From an uncultured Planctomycetia bacterium (GTDB taxonomy: Bacteria; Omnitrophota; Gorgyraeia; CAYWPX01), in the NCBI GenBank assembly GCA_964460615.1, contig CAYWPX010000002.1:135220-199219 (forward strand): a DNA stretch of 64,000 nt, written 5' to 3'. Shown here piece by piece: positions 8,640-18,035 of this stretch (its first letter is position 1; every line of letters begins with the position of its first letter). The notes below the pieces were generated by a model. It was not told the DNA's origin. It made no database searches and saw only the letters and a list, made by a program, of their open reading frames with translations. The translations under genes were made by a program, and so were the position numbers.

Positions 8640-10385
8640 TTACCAGTCTTCTATTGTCCTCTCAAGGATCCTTTGCGAAAGATCGTTTATTGCTTCATCC
8701 AAGGCAGCATTTTCGCTTTTTGCGTTGGAACCGGTCAGGCTATAAGTTGATTCACCGGTAAAGTTTTTCTCTTCCCAAACCACTTCATCTTTTGAATTTT
8801 TCATTACAAGATTTACGATTATATAAAGCCTGTATTCTTCATAATTATCATTGGTATCATAACGAAGGCCCTGTCTGTCGACCGCTACAAGATCACCATA
8901 AAGCTTCAGATCTCCGTCTTTTTGCTTGGCCAATAGAAGATTGCCATCTCTATTAAATGCATTTTGCACTGAATTGGTGATATCTGTCTCCAGGCCTGCG
9001 CGATAGAGCTTATATTTATTGACATTGGTAGTTTCAACAGTAACGTCGATCTTATTGACAAAATTATCAATAAAAATGGTTTTTATATTTGACGGAAGTA
9101 AACTGCCTGTAGTATACCCGAATGCCAAGCTGGACCAAAAACTCTTCTTTGGTTTTTCGGCGCTTTCCTTTTTTTTCTCTTCTTTTTTAACTGCCGCGGC
9201 TGCCTTCTTAGTGGTCTCAGGCTTTGTCTGCTGAGGCGAAACAGGGGTTTTTTCGAAAACCTCCGTGCTTCTTATGTCGCTTTTTGCTTCTTCGGTTATT
9301 TTTTCAGAAGGAACTTCGGCTTTTTTTGCACGGCTAGCCTCCGGTTCGGCAATACCTACTGATTTTGTCTGTTCTTTTTTTGGAGCCGCGACTTTTTCTT
9401 TTCTTTTACCGCTAGCCCTGGATCTCTTTGCTTCAAGCTTGGTCGTTAATTCCGTAATAGCTTTCTGAGCCTCTTTAACATAACTGCTATCGGGATACTG
9501 ATCTATGATGTCCTGATAATAAATAATAGCGCTTTCATGCTTCCCGATCCTTTCGTAAAAAACCGCTGTCTTAAAAGATGAGCCCGCTTTTTTCTCATTC
9601 AAGCTTTTTAGGGTTTCATCTACATTTTTAGCCAAAGTTGATTCGGGATGAGCTTCGCTGAAATTTTTGAATTCGGTTATCGCCTTATCAGTTACCTCCT
9701 GGTCATAATCCGCTCCTAATGAAGCTTTGTTGGCGCACAAAGCTATCTGATAGCGCGATTCATCCACAAGCCTGCTTGACGGATATGTATCCACAAGTTT
9801 CTGGAATTCATTTATTGCGTCATTATAATTACCCATCTTCTTATAAGTTTCGCCGAGTTTAAACTGTGCCAGATCAGCGTAGTCCCCATATGGAGCGTTA
9901 TTGACAACTTTCTGGAAAACCTCGGCGGCTTTATCAAGGCCCGGCAGAATATCCATGCCTAATAATTTTGCCTTTTGGCCGGAATAGAAAAGATTGCCTA
10001 TCTTATATTGGCGCTCTATTATCTCTTCTATCTTATCATTATAGGGAAAATTATCGATTACTTTCTGGTAGTTTAAAAATGCCCTGAAGAGATCCCCCTC
10101 ATCTTCATAAGATCTGCCTATATAGTACTGGGCTTTTGGAGCATATTCGGAGTTTGGGAAATTTTTTATAAGTTTTTCAAACTCAAAAACAGCTTTTTTG
10201 TAATCGGCTTTTTCATAAAAACCGTTTGCCCATTCAAACTGCTCTTTAGGGGTGTCTTTAACGGAATATTTGGGATTAATGAATTTTTTTGTTTCGGGGG
10301 TCCAAACCCAATAAGAAAACGCTGAGGAATTAAGAAAAAAAAGCGTTATCAGCATTAAAACTACAATATAATATAATTTTCTCAT
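8640..10385 (-). CDS. Secreted TPR-repeat protein (BamD/YbgF-like N-terminal half), then a Lys/Glu/Ala-rich low-complexity linker, then a C-terminal LptE-like domain.
   Basis: Signal peptide MRKLYYIVVLMLITLFFLNSSAFS. Multiple TPR-like units (FYEKADYKKAVFEFEKLIKNFPNSEYAPKAQYYIGRSY...). Linker about aa 320-420 (KRKEKVAAPKKEQTK...KKEEKKKESAEKPKK). C-terminus ...IKTIFIDNF...EYRLYIIVNLVMKNSKDEVVW...ENAALDEAINDLSQRILERT is alignable by eye to E. coli LptE (MKVMILDSG...AEYQMIMTVNATVL...[21 protein letters not shown]). Confidence 0.5.
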   Translation of the reverse strand: MRKLYYIVVLMLITLFFLNSSAFSYWVWTPETKKFINPKYSVKDTPKEQFEWANGFYEKADYKKAVFEFEKLIKNFPNSEYAPKAQYYIGRSYEDEGDLFRAFLNYQKVIDNFPYNDKIEEIIERQYKIGNLFYSGQKAKLLGMDILPGLDKAAEVFQKVVNNAPYGDYADLAQFKLGETYKKMGNYNDAINEFQKLVDTYPSSRLVDESRYQIALCANKASLGADYDQEVTDKAITEFKNFSEAHPESTLAKNVDETLKSLNEKKAGSSFKTAVFYERIGKHESAIIYYQDIIDQYPDSSYVKEAQKAITELTTKLEAKRSRASGKRKEKVAAPKKEQTKSVGIAEPEASRAKKAEVPSEKITEEAKSDIRSTEVFEKTPVSPQQTKPETTKKAAAAVKKEEKKKESAEKPKKSFWSSLAFGYTTGSLLPSNIKTIFIDNFVNKIDVTVETTNVNKYKLYRAGLETDITNSVQNAFNRDGNLLLAKQKDGDLKLYGDLVAVDRQGLRYDTNDNYEEYRLYIIVNLVMKNSKDEVVWEEKNFTGESTYSLTGSNAKSENAALDEAINDLSQRILERTIEDW

Positions 10386-10510
10386 GATTTATACAATTAA
10401 TAGCTCCTTAATATACCAGCTTAATTGAATAGTAAGCTTATTTTGGAAGGATTTTTGATAGTATATCATACGCTGGGATTTTGTCAATAGATTAGGTCTA
10501 TGGGGGATGG

Positions 10511-10909
10511 TTAATACGTCTCTACTGTTGAGGTAAGAATAAAACTGGCTATCTGCTTTTTATCTTCTTTGGATATGTCCAAAAATTGATTTCCAACCTC
10601 ATACTTATCCTGCGATGGGAGTTTTTTGATCCAAGCAACTTTTGAAAGGGCCTTAATGGGACGTGCTAATGAAGGAATAAAGATCTCTACTACTAGCCTT
10701 GAAGCAAGCGGAAGGAATTCACTGGCTAAAAATCTTGTACCGCCTTCGCTTATGCTTTGGCTTAAAGTACCAACGACACCCACTTCGCTATTTTTGAGAT
10801 TCTTGTACTGAATAGGAACGGATGTCTCAACCCTAGGAAATTTTCTTCTTTCTATTCCAGAATCTATCATATCAAGGGTAAGTATAGCATAACATTTGGT
10901 CTTTGTCAA
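10511..10909 (-). CDS. PilZ domain protein (c-di-GMP binding).
   Basis: RRKFPRV (RxxxR) and SISEGGTRF (D/NxSxxG) PilZ motifs. Confidence 0.7.
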   Translation of the reverse strand: MTKTKCYAILTLDMIDSGIERRKFPRVETSVPIQYKNLKNSEVGVVGTLSQSISEGGTRFLASEFLPLASRLVVEIFIPSLARPIKALSKVAWIKKLPSQDKYEVGNQFLDISKEDKKQIASFILTSTVETY

Positions 10910-10945
10910 GAAAAGGTAATTAAAAGCCAGATTTTTATTACATTA

Positions 10946-12505
10946 TTAACGCTTCATAATAACTAAACTCAATCTTTTTGAGTTTAAATAGAGAATAATA
11001 ACACAATAATAAATTAATATGATCAAACCGGATATTTTACCGGTTTTAAAATGCCCGTAAGAAATGCTTGAAAGAATGTCTGTAATAAAAAACATAAGCC
11101 AAATAAAAAAATCTGTCACATAGGAAAACAGGATGGCAAAATAAGGGATCAGATAAGACAACAATATCGCTCCTATCCCGAAAACTGTTATAACAAAGAC
11201 CAGCGGAACTATTAAAATATTGGATATTATCCCTATTGGCGAAACTATATTAAAATAATATACTACGAATCCAAGAACGCCTCCCATCGCACCAAGCGTT
11301 ATATTTAGAGTCATGATTAAATATGACTTTATTTTTACAAACAGGCTTGAATTCATATCATCTTTTAAAAAAATGCTGTTAAGTTTTGGAGTTATATAAA
11401 TAAGCCCGGCTAATGACGCAAAAGACAGCTGAAAGCTCGGATCAAAAATCGAAAGCGGATCATATATGAGCATCAAGAACGCCGAGACATAAAAAGCATT
11501 TTCAAGAGAATTGGACCTGTTAAAAATCAGTCCCAACAAAAATAATTCGGCCATCAGAGTGGCTCTTACAACAGGAGGTTTTGCTCCGGAAAATATCATA
11601 AAAAATCCGATAGCAAAAGCTGCAATAATGTATTTTAACTTTCTTGGGACCCTGATTATCTGGAGTATCACCATTATCACAAAAAGTATCATGCCTACAT
11701 TCATGCCGCTTATTGCGAGTATATGTACCGTGCCGGTATTTACGAATTTCTCTTCCAGGGAATCGTCAAATCCGTATCTTATGCCGAGTACCATCGCCCT
11801 AAGAAGTTCGGCATAGTCCTTCGGGAAATAATCGAAGATCTTTTTCTCTACATTGTGCCTTAAATTGAATATTATTTTCCTGATAGAATCAGATTCATTT
11901 CCAATAATGATCAGGGCGTCCTTTTGCCCCATTTTAAAAAAAGCGCTGATCCCCTTTCTGGTAAAATATTTTTTAAAATCAAACCCTGAATCATTATTGT
12001 TTTCTTTATAGCCAAGCGGATAGATTTTCCCTTCCAATAAAACCTTATCGCCGAATTTCAAGGATATGTCTTTTTTCCAGGCATTTACATATAATACGCC
12101 GCTGGTTTTAGTTTCATTTTGCTCAACTTTAGCCGAGTCTATTTGGACCAGAAACGATGCTTTTTCGATCACTAGTTTATTGTCTATATTCAGATCTTTT
12201 TTGAAAATATATTCGGGATCCGTGATAACCTTGCCGGAGATTATTGCTTTTTGCGGGTTATTGCCAAGATAATTTGAGATATTGTTAATAGACGGTTCTT
12301 TTGAGGCTTCTCCTGCTAAAAGGCCGCAGGAAAATATTGATAAGAGAATAAACAATGTAAAATATCTTATTCTTACTGTCAGGATTGTCAGTACAATTAA
12401 AACCACCAAAATAATAAGGATGGTCTTTATCTCTAAATCGGCTATTTCAGAAAAGAGTATGCCGAAAATATAGCTAAGAATGATAAAAATTAGAGGAGTT
12501 CTCAT
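10946..12505 (-). CDS. comEC: ComEC/Rec2 family DNA internalisation channel protein. There is no metallo-beta-lactamase domain.
   Basis: 519 aa polytopic membrane protein with the HILAISGMNVGM competence-domain motif. It lies immediately downstream of comEA. Confidence 0.75.
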   Translation of the reverse strand: MRTPLIFIILSYIFGILFSEIADLEIKTILIILVVLIVLTILTVRIRYFTLFILLSIFSCGLLAGEASKEPSINNISNYLGNNPQKAIISGKVITDPEYIFKKDLNIDNKLVIEKASFLVQIDSAKVEQNETKTSGVLYVNAWKKDISLKFGDKVLLEGKIYPLGYKENNNDSGFDFKKYFTRKGISAFFKMGQKDALIIIGNESDSIRKIIFNLRHNVEKKIFDYFPKDYAELLRAMVLGIRYGFDDSLEEKFVNTGTVHILAISGMNVGMILFVIMVILQIIRVPRKLKYIIAAFAIGFFMIFSGAKPPVVRATLMAELFLLGLIFNRSNSLENAFYVSAFLMLIYDPLSIFDPSFQLSFASLAGLIYITPKLNSIFLKDDMNSSLFVKIKSYLIMTLNITLGAMGGVLGFVVYYFNIVSPIGIISNILIVPLVFVITVFGIGAILLSYLIPYFAILFSYVTDFFIWLMFFITDILSSISYGHFKTGKISGLIILIYYCVIILYLNSKRLSLVIMKR

Positions 12506-12515
12506 ATAAAAAACA

Positions 12516-12890
12516 TTATCTGACTGTAAGCAGGTCTTTTATGGCAGAAAATCTTTTCAGGCCTATGCCTTTTACATCCAAAAGATCTGTTGTATATTTA
12601 AATCCTCCCTTTGAATCGCGGCAGTCTATTATCCTCGAAGCAATAGACGGGCCTATGCCTGGGAGTTTCTCAAAATCTTCTTTTGAGGCTGTGTTGATAT
12701 CAATTGTCTTGAACTCTTTAACGGAATTTTCCAGATCTTTCCCGGTCGGTTGGCTTAATTCATTTTTTGGCAAAAAAAATGGGCCGCCGATCGATTTCTT
12801 TTTTAAAAGATTTATCAGCGACCCTCCGGCAAGCCCGCACACTAAAAAGATAAGTATATATTTTTCATACCTGGTCAGTTTATTCAGCAT
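12516..12890 (-). CDS. comEA: ComEA family helix-hairpin-helix DNA-binding competence protein.
   Basis: Signal/anchor, then INTASKEDFEKLPGIGPSIASRIIDCRDSKGGFKYTTDLLDVKGIGLKRF (tandem HhH). Confidence 0.8.
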   Translation of the reverse strand: MLNKLTRYEKYILIFLVCGLAGGSLINLLKKKSIGGPFFLPKNELSQPTGKDLENSVKEFKTIDINTASKEDFEKLPGIGPSIASRIIDCRDSKGGFKYTTDLLDVKGIGLKRFSAIKDLLTVR

Positions 12891-12967
12891 TGGCTTTATA
12901 AAGCATACTTTTAGTTTCCCCGGCTTTGCTTTTTAATTGCCGGTAAAAAACCCGGACAAAAATAAGA

Positions 12968-13267
12968 TTAAAACATCCCGGAAATATCCATCCCCATTAC
13001 GTCTTTCATCTTCTTGGCTGCCTCTTGTTGGGATTTTTTCACACCGTCCTGGATACAGCTTTTAAGATGTTTTTCGAGTTCTGCTTTTTTTGAAATATCC
13101 ATATATTCATCGTCTATGGAAAGCGACCTTAGCATGTTCTCTCCGTCAAAAGTCATCTTAATCTTCCCATTAGCGGCTGACGACTCAACATTTATCTGGC
13201 TAAGAGCGCTTTTTACCTCTTTGGCCTTACGCATCATTTCGTTCAAATTCTTTAATTTATCGAACAT
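12968..13267 (-). CDS. ybaB: Nucleoid-associated protein YbaB/EbfC.
   Basis: 99 aa, MFDKLKNLNEMMRKAKEVKSALSQINVESSAANGKIKMTFDGENMLRSLSIDDE... is the typical YbaB fold signature. Confidence 0.85.
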   Translation of the reverse strand: MFDKLKNLNEMMRKAKEVKSALSQINVESSAANGKIKMTFDGENMLRSLSIDDEYMDISKKAELEKHLKSCIQDGVKKSQQEAAKKMKDVMGMDISGMF

Positions 13268-13280
13268 ATTAAACTCCTAG

Positions 13281-13308
13281 GTTTATTCCAACTTTAGTTG
13301 GAATAAAC
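13281..13308. promoter_or_regulatory. Perfect 12-bp inverted repeat GTTTATTCCAAC-TTTA-GTTGGAATAAAC immediately 5' of the ybaB RBS.
   Basis: Read directly from the sequence. On the coding strand: hairpin, then CTAGGAGTTTAAT, then ATG. There is no U-run, so it is more likely an operator or attenuator than an intrinsic terminator. Confidence 0.5.
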
Positions 13309-13426
13309 CACCTCGGCGAGTATGTTAAAATTATCGAGCATTTAGCGTTACTATTAAATGCGAGGGAATTTTAATATATGTTACAAGCCGAGGCTACAAT
13401 TCAGTCTATTAACTATAGCCGGACGA

Positions 13427-15880
13427 TTAAATTACTATATTCACAATTTTATTCTTCACAACAATAAATTTCTTTACAGCTTTACCCTCAAGATATTGGG
13501 TAACTTTAGGATCTTTAAGAATATTTTCCTTTAAAACTTCGTCGGGAGTATTTATTGCCACTTCTACTCTGGAACGAATTTTCCCGTTTACCTGTATAAC
13601 TATCTCGACTATATCCTCTATGATCAGATCTTTATTATATTTCGGCCAAAGGGATTTAAGAATGCTTTCTTTATGCCCTAACATCTGCCACAACTCCTCC
13701 GATAAATGCGGAACAAACGGAGAAAGAAGGACTATTGCTTTCTCTATGGCATCGGCAACAATCGGCGAACCCAAGGAATTTGTTTTTTCCTTCAATGAAT
13801 ATATTTCGTTAACCAGTTCCATAACTGCGCTTATAGCAGTATTGAAATGAAAATCGTGTTCCAGATCCTCTGTCACCTTTTTTATAGTCTGATGTGTCTT
13901 TCTCTCTAAGGCCTTTAAGAGTTCCTGATCTAAACCCGCTTTATTAGTCTCTGACTTTAACTCTTCTGTCACCCTGTAAAGCCTGTTCAAAAATCTGAAT
14001 GCCCCCTCTATCCCTCTCGGGTTCCACTCCGCATCCTTTTCAGGAGGGCCGATAAAAAGCGTATAAAGCCTTAACGTATCGGCTCCGTATTCTTCTATTA
14101 AGTCATCGGGGTTAATGGTATTGCCGCGGGATTTTGACATCTTCTCGCCGTTTTTTGTAATCATTCCTTGAGTAAAAAGCCTCTTAAAAGGCTCATCAAA
14201 ATTTATTAACCCCAGGTCATTGATAACTTTGGTGATGAACCTGGCATATAATAAATGAAGTATTGCGTGCTCTACTCCGCCTACATACTGATCAACCGGA
14301 AGCCAGTTATTGACTGCGTCAGAATCGAAGGGCTTATTATCAAGCTTTGGAGAAATGTACCTTAGAAAATACCAACTGGAATCCACAAACGTATCCATGG
14401 TATCTATCTCTCTGGCGGCGGGACCTGAACACTTGGGGCATTTCGTATTTACAAATCCTTTGGAACCCTTTAGAGGGGATTCGCCGTGAGGTTTAAATTC
14501 AACATCCTCCGGCAGAAGTACCGGTAAATCTTTTTCCGGTACAGTTACTATCCCGCATTTACTGCAGTAAACTATCGGGATAGGCGCCCCCCAATACCGC
14601 TGTCTCGAGATAAGCCAATCTCGGAGTTTAAAATGAATGGATCTGCGGCCGATCTTTTTTATCTCCATAAAATCGGCTATTTTCTCCATCGCCTCTTTAT
14701 TAGTTATGCCGTTAAATTCACCTGAATTGGCCATTACACCTTCGTCAATGAATGCGGAATTTAAAGAATCCGGTTCCAGGTGAACTTTCGGATCATCTAT
14801 GACTATTTTTATCGGAAGATCGTATTTTTTTGCAAACGCAAAATCTCTTGTATCATGCGCAGGTACTGCCATTACCGCTCCGGTACCGTACTCCATGAGA
14901 ACATAGTTAGCTATCCATAGCGGTATCTTTTCATTGGTAACGGGATTGATAACGTATGCGCCGGTAAAAATACCTTCCTTTTGGCTTTCCTCAGAAGATC
15001 TCTCGATAAAATCCAGTTTTTTGCATCTTTCTACAAAGTCCAATATTTCAGACTTATTTCCGGCGTCTTTGATTATTGACCCCAGTTTCGGATGCTCGGG
15101 AGCCAATACCATATATGTCGCACCAAAAATAGTGTCTACCCTTGTAGTGAAGCAGGTAATTATTTCATTGGAATCAGCTAATCTGAAATCAATATTAACT
15201 CCTGTGCTTTTGCCTATCCAGTTTTCCTGCATTGTCTTTACGCGTTCTGGCCAGTTTTCTAATTTTTTAATATCATCAAGAAGCCTCTGGGCATAATCGG
15301 TGATCTTAAAAAACCACTGCTCCAGGTCCTTTGGGCTTACTTTACTCTGGCACCTTTCGCACTGGCCATTAATGACCTGCTCGTTGGCTAAAACCGTCTG
15401 ACATGACGGACACCAGTTTACCGAGGCCTTCTTTTTGTAGGCAAGCCCTTTTTCATAAAGTTTAATAAATATCCACTGCGTCCACTTATAATATTCCGGC
15501 ATACAAGAAATTACTTCCCTTGACCAGTCATATTCAACTCCCCATGAGTTAAACTGCCTTTTCATGTAGGATATGTTATTTAATGTTGAAACTTTCGGAG
15601 GGATGCCGTTTTTTATCGCGGCATTCTCCGCCGGCAAGCCAAATGCATCAAAACCCATAGGCGTAAGCACATTCAGGTTCTGCATCTTTTTGTATCTAGC
15701 GACAGCATCGCCTATTATATAATTCCTTCCGTGCCCGACGTGTAAACCCGCCGACGGATACGGAAACATCATAAGACAATAATACTTATTTTTGTGGCCA
15801 TTGGTATCGACCTCAAAAAGTTTGTTATCTCTCCAGTATTTCTGCCATTTTTTTTCTATTACTTTAAAATCATATGCCAT
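13427..15880 (-). CDS. leuS: Leucine--tRNA ligase.
   Basis: 817 aa. HIGH motif PYPSAGLHVGHGRNY, KMSKS motif (GEKMSKSRGN), CP1 editing domain. Confidence 0.95.
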   Translation of the reverse strand: MAYDFKVIEKKWQKYWRDNKLFEVDTNGHKNKYYCLMMFPYPSAGLHVGHGRNYIIGDAVARYKKMQNLNVLTPMGFDAFGLPAENAAIKNGIPPKVSTLNNISYMKRQFNSWGVEYDWSREVISCMPEYYKWTQWIFIKLYEKGLAYKKKASVNWCPSCQTVLANEQVINGQCERCQSKVSPKDLEQWFFKITDYAQRLLDDIKKLENWPERVKTMQENWIGKSTGVNIDFRLADSNEIITCFTTRVDTIFGATYMVLAPEHPKLGSIIKDAGNKSEILDFVERCKKLDFIERSSEESQKEGIFTGAYVINPVTNEKIPLWIANYVLMEYGTGAVMAVPAHDTRDFAFAKKYDLPIKIVIDDPKVHLEPDSLNSAFIDEGVMANSGEFNGITNKEAMEKIADFMEIKKIGRRSIHFKLRDWLISRQRYWGAPIPIVYCSKCGIVTVPEKDLPVLLPEDVEFKPHGESPLKGSKGFVNTKCPKCSGPAAREIDTMDTFVDSSWYFLRYISPKLDNKPFDSDAVNNWLPVDQYVGGVEHAILHLLYARFITKVINDLGLINFDEPFKRLFTQGMITKNGEKMSKSRGNTINPDDLIEEYGADTLRLYTLFIGPPEKDAEWNPRGIEGAFRFLNRLYRVTEELKSETNKAGLDQELLKALERKTHQTIKKVTEDLEHDFHFNTAISAVMELVNEIYSLKEKTNSLGSPIVADAIEKAIVLLSPFVPHLSEELWQMLGHKESILKSLWPKYNKDLIIEDIVEIVIQVNGKIRSRVEVAINTPDEVLKENILKDPKVTQYLEGKAVKKFIVVKNKIVNIVI

Positions 15881-15907
15881 AGTTTTATCTAAATTCCATT
15901 AGTAATT

Positions 15908-15985
15908 CAGCGATTAGGCGATTATGCAAATGGTAATTAGGTAAAAACCAAATCGCCGAATAACCTAATCGCCTAATTGCTAATT
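15908..15985. promoter_or_regulatory. leuS upstream region with reiterated TAATCGCCTAAT-type words, including an inverted pair GATTAGGCGATTA ... CTAATCGCCTAAT.
   Basis: Read directly. Arms at about 15912-15924 and 15965-15978, plus a partial copy AAATCGCCGAATAA between them. Confidence 0.4.
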
Positions 15986-16005
15986 GTTATTGCCTAGTCG
16001 CTATC

Positions 16006-16851
16006 TTATAACCATAATTTCTTGACCACTCTTATGTTTCGCCTATCATCGCCTTTTTTTCTTACAGGAGTTTCTAATATGAAGGGTAAATCCTTTAAAT
16101 ATTTATTATGCAAAATATTCTTAAAACCTTCTTTCCCTATTTCCCCTAAACCAATATTTTCATGCCTGTCAACCATAGAACCTAAAGATCCTTTGGAATC
16201 GTTCAGGTGTATCACCTTAAGCTTATCTATCCCTATCAGGCCGTCAAATTGTATTAATGTATCTTCCAGGCCTTTTTTTGTCTTGATATCATACCCCGAG
16301 GCAAATGTATGCGCGATATCCAGACAGACACCGATCCGCCCTGAATAACCCTTGAGATTTTCTATGATTTTTTTTATATGCTCAAATCTGAACCCTATTG
16401 AGTTCCCGGCGCCTGCAGTATTCTCCAAAAGGATCATTGAACCAGCCATTGAACTCTTTAAAATAGACTCAAGCCCTTCAGAAAATCTTTTGATCCCTTG
16501 TTCTATCCCCAGACCCTTATGACTCCCTAAGTGGGTTACAAAATAATCTGCGTTAATAGCATCCGCATTCCTAAGATTATCCAAAAATGAGGTTTTTGAC
16601 TTGGTGAAGATATCTTTTTGGGGACTAGCCAAATTAGCTAAATACGGAATATGTACTACTACAGGATTAATTTTATAAAGAACTCGTCTTTTCTTAAATT
16701 CTTCAATGCTACTTTGCTGCCACTTATCAACCCGCCATGATCTTGGGTTAGAGCTGAATATCTGCATCGTAGTAAGCCCCAAGCACTTCGCCCTATCCAA
16801 AGACTCATAAATATTCCCCGCAATAGAAACATGGGCACCGAGATTAATCAC
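16006..16851 (-). CDS. nfo: Endonuclease IV (AP endonuclease family 2).
   Basis: 281 aa. HIPYLANLAS, GVCLDIAHTFASGYD and IHLNDSK metal-binding motifs. Confidence 0.85.
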   Translation of the reverse strand: MINLGAHVSIAGNIYESLDRAKCLGLTTMQIFSSNPRSWRVDKWQQSSIEEFKKRRVLYKINPVVVHIPYLANLASPQKDIFTKSKTSFLDNLRNADAINADYFVTHLGSHKGLGIEQGIKRFSEGLESILKSSMAGSMILLENTAGAGNSIGFRFEHIKKIIENLKGYSGRIGVCLDIAHTFASGYDIKTKKGLEDTLIQFDGLIGIDKLKVIHLNDSKGSLGSMVDRHENIGLGEIGKEGFKNILHNKYLKDLPFILETPVRKKGDDRRNIRVVKKLWL

Positions 16852-16897
16852 AATTTCTCCGACGGATTATATTACCACAGGGTACACTATTTATCAA

Positions 16898-17158
16898 TTA
16901 ATTTCTCTTAATGACATAATAGTCGCTAAAAATTCGCTTCAGGTCTGTTGACTGGCCTACTATATGTATATCTCCGTTTGAAGCCTCAAAATATAAAAGC
17001 TGCCCGGTTTCTGTCTGGACCGCTGTCACTAAACGCCCCCAGCTTGAAGGTATAGACATCTGTGAAACAGTTTTTTCCATGCCGGCGCCATCATCCTGCG
17101 CCGAGACTACACCTGCCAAAGCAAATATTCCCAAAATCATTAACCATATCTTTTTCAT
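16898..17158 (-). CDS. Small secreted hypothetical protein.
   Basis: Internal ATG gives MKKIWLMILGIFALAGVVSA signal peptide. No recognisable domain. Confidence 0.4.
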   Translation of the reverse strand: MKKIWLMILGIFALAGVVSAQDDGAGMEKTVSQMSIPSSWGRLVTAVQTETGQLLYFEASNGDIHIVGQSTDLKRIFSDYYVIKRN

Positions 17159-17241
17159 ATCGCCTCCGAATTCTTCTTTTTGGAATTCGTCCCGAAAATG
17201 CACCGATTTGGAGCATTTGAGGGACAAATATCTGTGCAAAT

Positions 17242-17715
17242 TTAACCGTCAATTCCGTTTAAAATTTTTTTGATAAACCTTTCTGCTTCTTCTGAGTCTT
17301 TTTCAGGTGGTGCCCAAGAAGCAAAGGTTTTGTCAGTTCCAGGGTCATACGGCCCTTCTTTTATCTCATATAAAGCGGAATTATTTTCTAAGGAAATAAG
17401 TGAATGCCAAACACCTGCCGGGATCTCGGCGGCAAAATTTCCTTTATCCCTGTTTAATTCTATATGATCGATTATCTTACCATTATCAGAGAACTCGAGC
17501 ATCAAAACTCTTCCTCTAAGAATAATGAACGCCTCTACTTTTGGCGGATTATCATGTTTATGCGGCCTGACATAAGAACCCGGATTGATGATATTTAAAA
17601 ACCTATGAACTTTATCAGAATAATCCTTATGAAAGTTATGGTTACACCTTCCGCGGTTTTCTATCTGAATGCTGTTAGTATTGGAATCGATAAACTTATC
17701 GGTAACTTTTATCAT
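17242..17715 (-). CDS. Cupin-fold metalloprotein, WbuC-like.
   Basis: INPGSYVRPHKHDNPPKVEAFIILRGRVLMLEFSDNGKI...EIPAGVWHSLISLENNSALYEIKEGPYDP matches the WbuC cupin pattern from memory. Confidence 0.5.
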   Translation of the reverse strand: MIKVTDKFIDSNTNSIQIENRGRCNHNFHKDYSDKVHRFLNIINPGSYVRPHKHDNPPKVEAFIILRGRVLMLEFSDNGKIIDHIELNRDKGNFAAEIPAGVWHSLISLENNSALYEIKEGPYDPGTDKTFASWAPPEKDSEEAERFIKKILNGIDG

Positions 17716-17997
17716 TTAGAATTTTATCCCGAATTCCTTAAATTTCCCAGTATACTCATTCCACTCTATGTCAATGTCGTCTATATAACTTGCAAAGTAC
17801 TTATTTATACCATCAAGGAATTTTTTTATTGTTTCTTCTTCGCCTTCAGCCGCTATCTCAACATCTCCATTAAAAAGGTTTTTAACCCAGCCGGTCACAC
17901 CAATATCATTAGCAAGACGCTGGGCCGTAAACCTGAAACCTACTCCCTGTACATTGCCTTTATATGTGACATGAATGCTTTTTTTCATAGCGATCAA
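17716..17997 (-). CDS. acyP: Acylphosphatase.
   Basis: 93 aa, VTYKGNVQGVGFRFTAQRLANDIGVTGWVKNLFNGDVEIAAEG. Confidence 0.85.
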   Translation of the reverse strand: MIAMKKSIHVTYKGNVQGVGFRFTAQRLANDIGVTGWVKNLFNGDVEIAAEGEEETIKKFLDGINKYFASYIDDIDIEWNEYTGKFKEFGIKF

Positions 17998-18035
17998 ACC
18001 GGTTTTCTATTTTCAGTATACCTGCTATCATGGAA

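Noticed and set aside
12541-12936. 131-aa plus-strand ORF over comEA.
   Set aside because: It is antisense to a gene with a clear HhH signature and has no motifs of its own.
15881-16005. T-box riboswitch upstream of leuS.
   Set aside because: No T-box consensus (AGGGTGGNACCGCG) or specifier-loop architecture was visible. Only short reiterated words were found.
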